IMG/VR virus record: IMGVR_UViG_3300012031_000005
Span: 1-64,000 of that record
Reading direction: 5' to 3' (one strand)
Length of the DNA: 64,000 nucleotides
DNA from: a virus
Taxonomy: Duplodnaviria; Caudoviricetes
Positions 56,601 to 64,000 of this stretch are shown here, one piece after another. A model generated the notes under the pieces. It was not told where the DNA came from. It worked only from the letters and a program-made list of their open reading frames with translations, and searched no databases. The number at the start of each line of letters is the position of its first letter. The stretch's first letter is position 1. Position numbers and translations under genes: made by a program.

Positions 56601-59600
56601 GTATCAAATCCAGTTTGTAGTTGATCTTGTTCTAATTCATTGCCCAACGAATCAGATGTGAGGAAACTAACTGATCTGTACACAAATTCAGGATTTTCAT
56701 TAAAAATGATAGCAGTAGATGGTCTAATTGTTAGAAGTTCTGCCCTTGCAACGTCACCTAAAATGTGTGTTGAGTTACGACGATACTGAATAATAGTATC
56801 AAATGCAACTTCCTCTAGCAAACCACTCTCACTAAACTGAGAATCTCCTGTTGAGAAGTTCAGCTTATAAACAGTGTTACTAACTGTTGGAGTTGTTGGC
56901 TCGATGTATATCGTACCTGTTACTAAAATACCGGTTATTATGCCGTTGCCTTCGGTATTGTTTATAGCAGTAATTGCAATAGTACAATCGTGCGTGCCGT
57001 TTTGCCCACCAAGTAACGAACCTGTAATATTGAAGGAGTCGTCTACTCTATAGTCATTGCCGCCATTTTCTATAGTTGCGGTATACCCCCCGTTAATAGT
57101 TTTTCTAATAGTGAAAATTGCGCCGGTTGCAGTACCTGTTGCTGCTGCGCCGGTGTTGTAGTTATATGAAATATCAGTACCTACGTTGAGATACGCTCCT
57201 ACATATTCTCCCGTTTTTTCTGCATTTGCAACTTCATATCTTGCAAAAACGTTACGTGCTGGATGATATAGGTCTATTTCGGATCTATTAGATGGTACAT
57301 CCTTCATGTCGTATACGTAAATGGACAAGCTTTCGACGTCGTTGCCGTATCCTATAGCATTTACGTTTATTGGAACACTATTTGACCCTAGTGCACTTGC
57401 TGTGCCCTGTGGGTCAAGTGTTAGTTGATCAACTGTATTAAATATACCTGTAGAATTTTTTAAGTAAACAGTGGTTGACCCAGTACCTCCGTTGCTAGTC
57501 TGTGACGTGCTGGCACTTACTGTTGCAATAGCATCTGAGTTTGCCTGCTGTACAACATCTCCAACTGTAAGTTGTATTGGATTTGTTACGGTTAACACCA
57601 CATCAGCAGTAAATGATTTAGCAGGCTGAACCATATCCTGTATCAGATCAACTACGTCAGGAATTTCGTTAGGATCAGCTCCTTCTGCAATTAATCCATA
57701 TTCTCCGTAGCAAGACGAACCACTTATTGAACGTATTTGGCCGCCATTGGCAGCATAATAAGACACCCAGCAATAGTAAGTAAACATACTCACCATTTCT
57801 GATAATGCACCGTTCAATACCACTAGTCCGTAGCCAAGATCGTTAATCTGCGTAAAGTCGTTTCCTAGTATGGAACGGTTGCCAGCTGTTTGCAAAGTAA
57901 TAGGTATTTGTGTTTCGGAATCTCCGATAGCATCCAGATCAACACCAGTAAGCAATTGACTAGTTAATCCTGCAAAACCTTGACCGTTGTTTGAACTACG
58001 ATCTAGAATAAGCTCAGCTGAGCCTAAATCCGGATCGTAGTTAGTAACTGCGTTTACTTGAAAACGCCTTCCGTCAATGTAGAATGCACATGGAGTTTGA
58101 GGACGCCTTACAAATAACCCTTGCGGATCGTCTTGACTTCCAAAACTTTGTATCTTAAGCCTAAACGCTGATCCGTCAACCCTATCAGATACTTGAACTG
58201 CGGTGTTACCTACGAACGCGTCAACAAACATTCCGCCTCGGAACGACTGTTTATTAAGGCTTTTTGAAAAGCTTGAACCGGTTTGAATATATGGTGATTT
58301 AGTTAGAACTTGCCCTTCTGGGTCTAGTGCTAGCATGAATCCACCGTGACCTTGCACTGTTACATTACGAATGATAGTGGCATTGTCCATGAGGAACACG
58401 TCCATTTCGTTGTTACGAAGAGGTGGACTATACTCAGGTTCGAATGCAAATGCAATCGTGTTGATTAGATTACTAATTACTAGCTCAGGTCCATCAATTT
58501 CCCTCCAAAAATTATTTTCTTCAGTTTGATTGAACTCATCTCCGGAAAGATGTTCGATAGTTGTAGTGTAAAACCGAGTTGTTCCTGATACTGTATTAGA
58601 TACAACAGTTCTTGCTCTATATCTAATGCCGCTACTCCACATATCTGGAATAGTATCGCCGTTAAATGTGTCTATTGCATACTGATTATCTAGGCCGTAT
58701 ATGGTATCTGGCCCCTGACCTCTAATTATCTTGTTAGCTATAGTTGCAATATACTGTATTCCTTCAACAGTTCCGTTTGGAGATTGCCCAACATAGTACT
58801 CTCCCTGCGCTTCTAGTGAGAACTCGTTGCTGCCCAGCCGCACATCCTTAATCAATGCATCGACAATTTTACCAACGCCATTAAAGTATGCAACTTTGTC
58901 AGCGGTGTTATTAAAGATAGAAAACTGATCGTCTAGGTATTCAGCTACTTGTTCCTGTATAAATTCTTTGTTGTCAACTAACGCCAGTGCTGAAGTGTTC
59001 CACGATCCTACGTTTGTGTAACCAGCCCCAATTTGTTTCTGTTGATTTGGTTTTTCTAGGTAGTGATAGCCAAAGTAACCGTCTACTTCACCAGTTAGTG
59101 AATTTACATACTCGACCCCGTTTGGGATTCTAGATACCGACAGAATAACCGGAGCAGCCCCACTACCGCCTAATGCACTGTCTGGTATTGTGATTAATTC
59201 GTTTTTAACAAAGTCTACGCCAGGGTTTAGTATAGTAACGCCAATTACTGTGCCGGATGTATTAACGTCTACTTCAAACACAGCGTCTTTACCTAGATTG
59301 TTTGAAGTCCAATCGGAGTTATCGATTCGCCAGACTCCGCCAGCCCTGTTAGAATCATCCGGGTTCGTGACACTAACTGATTCAATTATACTGCGACCAA
59401 GTACCAGGCCGTCAAACTGTGCATCTCTATAGAAATATAAGTTAGCCCAGCGTGATTGTGAAACTCGTTTCTTAGGGCGAATTATTACTCGTCTAAACTC
59501 GTCACCTTTAATAGACACGTTAGCAGATACCCTGATTGGATAATCTTCTTCGTAGATACCAGTTTCTACCCTTATTGAAACTTGTGTTTCGCGTACAATG

Positions 59601-61594
59601 TTTCCAAATTCTAAAGTTTCACTGTCTTGAAATTCTATAGGTTCCAGTAGTTGCACTTCAACTTCATCTGTTTCTGCTAGGCTAACTGCTCTGTCACCCG
59701 ACTCGTTTTTATAGTCAACAATGCGACCAACTGCGCCTGAGGACTTACCTCGTATTACCTTGCCGGGGATTATATCTGCATTTAACGGGTTGGCTTGGTC
59801 AATAAATCCATAATTGCCGTTAGAGATGTTAATTTTGTAATTAGTTAATCCGTCTACAATTGTAGGAGCGTTTAAAACGCCTTGGTTAATCACGTCGAGC
59901 AATACGTTAAACTTAGCATCGATGGTTTCGTCAGCTGCACTATCTGGTATGATAGTATTATCAATTACTTGATCAACTCTGTCTTGATACTGCACAGGTG
60001 GCGCAGTATTAGTTAATATATAATTTACTACAAGATTCCTAGCATAGTTTATTCCTGCTAGGGTATACAGTCTTTGTGAACCAATTGCAGCACTTGCACT
60101 AGCGTTTGAAAAGTATCTAATTCCAGCCCAACGAGATAAGTAGTTGGCATTGTTGCCCAGCAGCGCATCAAGTGAAACTGAATCTAGAATATATTCTACG
60201 TCTCTTTCGCACGTAGATGTATTATATCTTCCTGCAAATTCAGGATATGTTGCGTCTATGTATGCAGTTACTTCTTTACTAACAAACTCTTTATTCAGCG
60301 TAATCAGCTGTCTTGCGTTTATTCTGTTAACTATTGTAGGAGTTATACCTTGCGAAACTACTATTCCATCTGTAGCTCCTGAGTTATAAGTAACTGTTTG
60401 TACGTATGGTCCAGGTTCAAATGGCGCTGCTTGTATAATTTCTTCTGCTTTTTCTGCTGCGGCGTTAACAGTTTTGTATGCGTATGCTGGGCTGCGTCCT
60501 TGTTTGCCATCTGGAGTATTTTTTTGTGAGTCATCACCTACTGTGGTTACATACAAGTTTACAGTGCTTGCAGCAGATGCATTGTCCACATATAACTTAG
60601 TAGCTGCTTGAAGATCATCAAGGCCGTTTGGAAGGCCGGTCCCTGCTAGATCACCAGGATGGTCTGAAAGGTTTAAAATACCTTCCATAGTGTCGCCTTG
60701 TCTTCGTACAATTGACTTGCGTGGTAATGCTATGTTGTCCAGCCAATTTCCTTCGAGGGCAAGATCTAGAGCAGCATCTGTAATAGTAAATACGCCGGTG
60801 CCACCAGCCAACAATATTCTGCCGGAACCGTCTAGTGCAGCTTGTTGTGATCCATAGAGAGAAATTGTATCCTTATTCTTAATTCTAATGTATACATCAC
60901 CGCCAGACGTAACGTTGTTAGGATCTGTTTCAGTTGAATTAAACACAAATCCGGCACCGTTAAACGCATCTGAAAGTCCGTGATCAACAATTACTAAACT
61001 TCCTTGATCTAGCCCAGATGCAGTAAGAGTATATTGTGATATAGTGTCTGGTTCGTCAGGTAGTCTTACGCCACCTCCAGGCACTGTTTTAGTCTGGTAA
61101 TTTCTGTCTGCAAAGGATTTATTAATAACCAGATCACCAACTGTATAGTCAGTATTATAAACCGAGTTAAATGTATCAATTGCTGCTTGAGATACAGTAA
61201 CGCCTGCAATAGGTTGTGTTGCGGCATTTAGTGGTCCACTTAGACTTGGCTCTGGATCATTTGAAACTCTTGAGACCAGCTGCCTAACTATAACCTTGCC
61301 GTCAACACTAAAGTCGAATCCAATGGTATTAACAGCTTCGCCGTCGTACCCGTCTGACACAAGTTCGAGAAAACTAAGTCCAGAACCATCAGGGCGCACC
61401 GCAGGGATCTTATTTTCGTTATCGAGATAGCTGTCGGGTGTATCGCTTAGATCAGTGAACGATATCTGGCCACCAATTCCAAACACTGCGTACAGTTCTT
61501 GAAAGTTTTCGTTTACCTTGCGAAACGATTCACGAATACTGTCGCCTGTTCCGTCGTTGCCTTCTACACCAATGTCAACGCCTTGTCTTGCCAT
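53648..61594 (-). CDS. giant (2648 aa) baseplate/tail fibre protein
   Basis: NDGTGDS.R..F.K.N.NF start, AATKxYVD repeats, C-terminal ADLAE...GRVPCK domain. Confidence 0.85.
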   Translation of the reverse strand: MARQGVDIGVEGNDGTGDSIRESFRKVNENFQELYAVFGIGGQISFTDLSDTPDSYLDNENKIPAVRPDGSGLSFLELVSDGYDGEAVNTIGFDFSVDGKVIVRQLVSRVSNDPEPSLSGPLNAATQPIAGVTVSQAAIDTFNSVYNTDYTVGDLVINKSFADRNYQTKTVPGGGVRLPDEPDTISQYTLTASGLDQGSLVIVDHGLSDAFNGAGFVFNSTETDPNNVTSGGDVYIRIKNKDTISLYGSQQAALDGSGRILLAGGTGVFTITDAALDLALEGNWLDNIALPRKSIVRRQGDTMEGILNLSDHPGDLAGTGLPNGLDDLQAATKLYVDNASAASTVNLYVTTVGDDSQKNTPDGKQGRSPAYAYKTVNAAAEKAEEIIQAAPFEPGPYVQTVTYNSGATDGIVVSQGITPTIVNRINARQLITLNKEFVSKEVTAYIDATYPEFAGRYNTSTCERDVEYILDSVSLDALLGNNANYLSRWAGIRYFSNASASAAIGSQRLYTLAGINYARNLVVNYILTNTAPPVQYQDRVDQVIDNTIIPDSAADETIDAKFNVLLDVINQGVLNAPTIVDGLTNYKINISNGNYGFIDQANPLNADIIPGKVIRGKSSGAVGRIVDYKNESGDRAVSLAETDEVEVQLLEPIEFQDSETLEFGNIVRETQVSIRVETGIYEEDYPIRVSANVSIKGDEFRRVIIRPKKRVSQSRWANLYFYRDAQFDGLVLGRSIIESVSVTNPDDSNRAGGVWRIDNSDWTSNNLGKDAVFEVDVNTSGTVIGVTILNPGVDFVKNELITIPDSALGGSGAAPVILSVSRIPNGVEYVNSLTGEVDGYFGYHYLEKPNQQKQIGAGYTNVGSWNTSALALVDNKEFIQEQVAEYLDDQFSIFNNTADKVAYFNGVGKIVDALIKDVRLGSNEFSLEAQGEYYVGQSPNGTVEGIQYIATIANKIIRGQGPDTIYGLDNQYAIDTFNGDTIPDMWSSGIRYRARTVVSNTVSGTTRFYTTTIEHLSGDEFNQTEENNFWREIDGPELVISNLINTIAFAFEPEYSPPLRNNEMDVFLMDNATIIRNVTVQGHGGFMLALDPEGQVLTKSPYIQTGSSFSKSLNKQSFRGGMFVDAFVGNTAVQVSDRVDGSAFRLKIQSFGSQDDPQGLFVRRPQTPCAFYIDGRRFQVNAVTNYDPDLGSAELILDRSSNNGQGFAGLTSQLLTGVDLDAIGDSETQIPITLQTAGNRSILGNDFTQINDLGYGLVVLNGALSEMVSMFTYYCWVSYYAANGGQIRSISGSSCYGEYGLIAEGADPNEIPDVVDLIQDMVQPAKSFTADVVLTVTNPIQLTVGDVVQQANSDAIATVSASTSQTSNGGTGSTTVYLKNSTGIFNTVDQLTLDPQGTASALGSNSVPINVNAIGYGNDVESLSIYVYDMKDVPSNRSEIDLYHPARNVFARYEVANAEKTGEYVGAYLNVGTDISYNYNTGAAATGTATGAIFTIRKTINGGYTATIENGGNDYRVDDSFNITGSLLGGQNGTHDCTIAITAINNTEGNGIITGILVTGTIYIEPTTPTVSNTVYKLNFSTGDSQFSESGLLEEVAFDTIIQYRRNSTHILGDVARAELLTIRPSTAIIFNENPEFVYRSVSFLTSDSLGNELEQDQLQTGFDTSYDYIRLLVDSQRAGESSLSGDGTTKGGTVGDTRIALLAASDFNEIFRLNNNLFTPEGNRPVGWTADSLTPLPSIITWAGKQHYVYNFRGVKTIQGVETEVAPAEDNDYAIVDIEDVGIDINYPLSAEGLAGTTILGNSIVVIRAGLKAGSIGDITVNISTCRVTGHDFLDIGTGGYNSTNYPNVLFGEPEDKNSANEVEERGKGRVFYVSTDQNGVFRVGRFFSVDQGTGTVTFSASIALSDVDGLGFKRGVVVTEFSTDTAMTDNASDTVPTELAVRGYVNRRLGYDAAGNPVSNRLGPGALAPNGSIPLTGDLNAANNTISNLGIPSNAADAATKRYVDNTASGGDEIQDLRSVSYNSYQSGQVLSSTGAKRLILPAGSVVAGPYVPGDVITGSVTGATGEIVEVIEETGSVDGDIVILVYTPLSGEFSDGTPAGNSPGQDRAEVLPAGAQGIVIDGPVDEWANVLASASSDISITTSREEINLQIKAGVIVNADVNANAGIAQSKLALASASTRANSTGISQSDLGSASFDSAVFNSTTGWITINNGALSINKLQRISNGSVLGNWSGDDGASNIDQISFSNVVAQGLGLEDKDFTGSVLAVASDPGQALIRTGTGAYSISNVTNSGETNSILKTNAIGSIQVNSLILGGNPSYEILSLDTTTVLFKTPTQGEILRSVGGSPSVAPTVQIAGGVNIGDSNTAQSVLKANSTLASKKAIGVNWIYSSFIEAQSEKGAASTGISIGAASGLSSAGRVAIVTANTSSNTSVIPFTFSSAGVLPDVTNTYDIGSNSLRYRNIYSSGNLFVNGASIVAGEYTGKGFLPDVTNSHDIGSAALKYDNVYANIFNGTATTAYYADLAENYQADAAYEAGTVLVFGGDAEVTTTNQKDNFRAAGVVSTNPAHLMNTALSGDNVVALALQGRVPCKVVGKVSKGDIIVTSGIFGYGCVNNNPVNGTMIGKAVGAKNTNERGIVEVVVGR

Positions 61595-61608
61595 TCTTCA
61601 ATACTCCG

Positions 61609-61998
61609 TTATATTGCTGAACTAGTCAGCTGGTCAATTTCTTCTTGTGTGGATAGACTATTCATATCAAATTCTACTGAGACTCCGCAACCGCATGATG
61701 ATTTTGCGTTAGGGTTTGTTATTTCGAAATTCGACCCAACAATAGACCTTTTGTAATCAATTGCGGTGCCTGCTAAAAACATGAGACTAGCTGGACCGAT
61801 GACTAGATTGCCACCTAAGGCTTTTAACGTGTACGAGCCTGGCTCAACGTCTTCTATTGTGTCCACTGTGTTCCATTCGTATTCAAATCCAGCACACCCG
61901 CCACCTTTGAGGTTCAGGCTCACTGCGTAAACCTCATGTTCTTGGCAGATTTGCGTAACTTGTTTATTTGCTTGTTCAGTTAGGCTACAGATATTCAT
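61609..61998 (-). CDS. IscA/HesB Fe-S cluster carrier
   Basis: GGGCAGFEY, NPNA.SSCGCG.S; TAAATA at 62018-62023. Confidence 0.92.
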   Translation of the reverse strand: MNICSLTEQANKQVTQICQEHEVYAVSLNLKGGGCAGFEYEWNTVDTIEDVEPGSYTLKALGGNLVIGPASLMFLAGTAIDYKRSIVGSNFEITNPNAKSSCGCGVSVEFDMNSLSTQEEIDQLTSSAI

Positions 61999-62058
61999 GT
62001 TTATCCTTTTGTTAGTGTATTTAGTTGTTAATTTTATAATCTTAATGTAAATATAGTT

Positions 62059-62346
62059 ATGTATTTAGGCGAATCAAACGTAAGAAGAAGGTATAAACGA
62101 AAATCAAAGTCGGGCATAGAGCACGAGTACTTCCGCGACCTTACAGTGGTCAAACTTCGCTGTGATAACTGTGGGACTGAGTTTTCAAGGCCGAGGGGAA
62201 GCATGAATCCTAATCGACTAAACAACAACTATTTTCATGTATGCAGCAATTGTGACGTTAAACGATTCGCACAGAAGAAGGGAGTCGAGCGCAAGCAGGT
62301 ATGGAATATGTCTGCTAGCAGCTCTAGGAAAATAGGTCGTTTATAA
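62059..62346 (+). CDS. Zn-ribbon protein
   Basis: CDNC...HVCSNC; TAAATA 5 nt before the ATG. Confidence 0.75.
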   Translation: MYLGESNVRRRYKRKSKSGIEHEYFRDLTVVKLRCDNCGTEFSRPRGSMNPNRLNNNYFHVCSNCDVKRFAQKKGVERKQVWNMSASSSRKIGRL

Positions 62347-62358
62347 GGAGTAAACTAG

Positions 62359-62658
62359 TTAACCTCTGGGATTATTTTTAAGTTGATCTACTATTGCAGA
62401 AAGACGCTGAACATTAGTATCTTGTCTTGCTAGCTTTCTGCTAGTAAGCTGAGTTTCTTCTCGCAGCTTCCGGACCTGATCTTCTAAACTTTTTACATAG
62501 CGTTGGGTAGGCACCTCTTTATCAAAGCCATCTTCACCTAGCATAGTAAAACTGTCTTGTCCTTGTGCTTTAAGACCGCCGCTTACACGATTAGGATTCT
62601 TATCTGAGGGTGTAGCGTTTTGGGTACCACTGTTATACATTCTTTTTAATGGGTTCAT
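62359..62658 (-). CDS. hypothetical coiled-coil protein
   Basis: Start MNPLKR, 5 nt after TAAATA (62664-62669). Confidence 0.65.
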   Translation of the reverse strand: MNPLKRMYNSGTQNATPSDKNPNRVSGGLKAQGQDSFTMLGEDGFDKEVPTQRYVKSLEDQVRKLREETQLTSRKLARQDTNVQRLSAIVDQLKNNPRG

Positions 62659-62666
62659 GAACATAT

Positions 62667-62933
62667 TTATTCTCTTAGACACCACATAGTATATTGTTTT
62701 GGTTCAAAATAGTAGTTAGATAAATAGGCATAGTGTATCGCGGTAGTAATAAGACATCCTACCTTAACGCACTTCCTGCCAAACAGTCTCTTATTAGTAA
62801 CGAAACAACGAGCATTAAAATTAAAGCATCGTCCTTCAGAAGTTTTCTTGGGACTTAATCTCATCTCCATATTTGCAAACGCCTTTCTTGATACTGAGTC
62901 AATGTATTCTGCTCTACTGTCCCCAAAAATCAT
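62667..62933 (-). CDS. small paralog family member
   Basis: RCFVTNKRLFGRK; GAGGAG RBS before ATG 62933. Confidence 0.6.
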   Translation of the reverse strand: MIFGDSRAEYIDSVSRKAFANMEMRLSPKKTSEGRCFNFNARCFVTNKRLFGRKCVKVGCLITTAIHYAYLSNYYFEPKQYTMWCLRE

Positions 62934-63189
62934 AATCTGGCTCCTCAAGTTTGCCACTTAGTTGCAACAGTGTATATTCCCTAGGAGACACCCAGTAATC
63001 GAATAGAACAGGCGATCCCGGGCCGGTAATCACACGAGTTAACTTAACGGCCTGCTTCATAAACAATACCCTGTTGGAAATTGTACATCGCCAGAACCAC
63101 ATGCACCGAGCTTCTTTCACTACTAATCGGTGCTTAGTTAGTACACGAATTCTCTCTTTTCTAGTTCCGGTTATTTTTTCTACGCTCAT
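62914..63189 (-). CDS. small paralog family member
   Basis: RCTISNRVLFMKQA...W...EYTLLQL. Confidence 0.7.
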   Translation of the reverse strand: MSVEKITGTRKERIRVLTKHRLVVKEARCMWFWRCTISNRVLFMKQAVKLTRVITGPGSPVLFDYWVSPREYTLLQLSGKLEEPDYDFWGQ

Positions 63190-63428
63190 TGTTTACCCAT
63201 TTGGATTAAAAGAAATTCGTTTGCATCTACCCAAAAAAATTGTTTGATTGTGTAAGAGTCCCCACGCCGGATCTCCCGCTGTACTCGGGTAGCTTGCTTC
63301 ATAAACAAACTCTTGCCAGTAACAAAGCACTTACGTGGCAGCAAACTGATTTTTTCTTTAGGACTGTGGCATTGAATAATTACAATCCGACGCATTTGTC
63401 TGTCTTTTGGGATTAAGCTCATAAACAT
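63186..63428 (-). CDS. small paralog family member
   Basis: KCFVTGKSLFMKQA...WVDANEFLLIQM. Confidence 0.7.
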   Translation of the reverse strand: MFMSLIPKDRQMRRIVIIQCHSPKEKISLLPRKCFVTGKSLFMKQATRVQREIRRGDSYTIKQFFWVDANEFLLIQMGKQ

Positions 63429-63430
63429 AG

Positions 63431-63640
63431 TTACACTGCCATTAATTGCAGTAATAGATATGCACTAGATGCCATCCAATGTGTGTTAGTATGTACATAT
63501 CCGTTTTCTGTGTAGTGCTGGGTTGTAATCTTATAAGCATATTTGCCATGTAGATTACGACCGCTACTTATGCAATGCCGGGGTAGCCAAGACCTGCATA
63601 GTGTAGCTTTTATAATCTTACCTCTCAGAGTCAGATCCAT
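63431..63640 (-). CDS. small paralog family member
   Basis: HCISSGRNLHGKYA...W....YLLLQL. Confidence 0.7.
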   Translation of the reverse strand: MDLTLRGKIIKATLCRSWLPRHCISSGRNLHGKYAYKITTQHYTENGYVHTNTHWMASSAYLLLQLMAV

Positions 63641-63928
63641 TTATCCTCCTTTCAATAGCAGTAGTAAATATTCCTTACGGTCTATCCAGACTTCATTGTC
63701 TACAAACTTCGAGTAACCAATATTCATCTTTGCACTAACTCTTACTGCTTTCTTTAGGAATAATTTTTTGCCTGTTAAGAAACAATGTCGTCCAACCTGT
63801 AAGCAACGAGTCTCTTGCAATTTCTCGGCAGTGGCTATCATTCCTAGTACGCTTTCTCGCCACCAGGGCTCATAAATAGTTAGTTCGTACATCTTACTCA
63901 GCGACATTGGGTGGGTACCGCTCCTCAA
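63641..63928 (-). CDS. small paralog family member (frame stays open to the window edge)
   Basis: HCFLTGKKLFLKKA...WIDRKEYLLLLL. Confidence 0.7.
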   Translation of the reverse strand: MRSGTHPMSLSKMYELTIYEPWWRESVLGMIATAEKLQETRCLQVGRHCFLTGKKLFLKKAVRVSAKMNIGYSKFVDNEVWIDRKEYLLLLLKGG

Positions 63929-64000
63929 CCAAGCTCTATATGATTTAGTGCTGCTCCTTAACCAAGCTCTATATGATCTAGTGCCGCTCCTTAACCAAGC
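63920..64000. repeat. 33-bp tandem repeat, at least 2.4 copies, truncated by the window end
   Basis: GCTCCTYAACCAAGCTCTATATGATYTAGTGCY. Confidence 0.9.

Noticed and set aside
63920-64000. CRISPR array
   Set aside because: Repeats are contiguous with no unique spacers; no cas genes

Overview
This 64 kb window comes from a large dsDNA tailed phage of the broad T4-like/jumbo myovirus type. Almost all genes lie on the minus strand and read in the standard code. Sigma70-type promoters (TTGACA-N17-TA[TC]A[AC]T) precede the metabolic and replication genes, and T4-like late motifs (TAAATA/TAAGTA) precede the structural genes. From left to right it carries: a MoxR AAA ATPase and RNase H; a 7-deazaguanine DNA-modification cluster (queE, folE, a phosphoribosyltransferase, a glycosyltransferase, a QueD-paralog/DpdL-like gene and a TGT/DpdA-like gene) interrupted by a GIY-YIG homing endonuclease; a sliding clamp; and a family B DNA polymerase split into two genes by a natural Ser/Thr split intein, with a second, LAGLIDADG-containing intein. 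Next come a block of probable head-packaged proteins, ClpA and DnaJ, a lysis cassette, phoH, thyA, folA, an intein-containing clamp loader, glyA, MazG, GroES, a mini-DnaE, baseplate/tail genes and iscA. The most unusual signals are: (1) a ~100-nt intergenic element in the lysis cassette with two segments matching 23S rRNA helix 69-70, antisense on the transcribed strand; (2) a ~400-nt highly structured ORF-free region with tandem repeats; (3) two paralogous small proteins ending in different major-capsid-like peptides, one resembling the T4 Gol peptide; (4) a recurrent late-promoter-N5-ATG (leaderless) architecture; and (5) the deazaguanine cluster with an embedded glycosyltransferase. All calls are motif recognition by eye; no searches were run.
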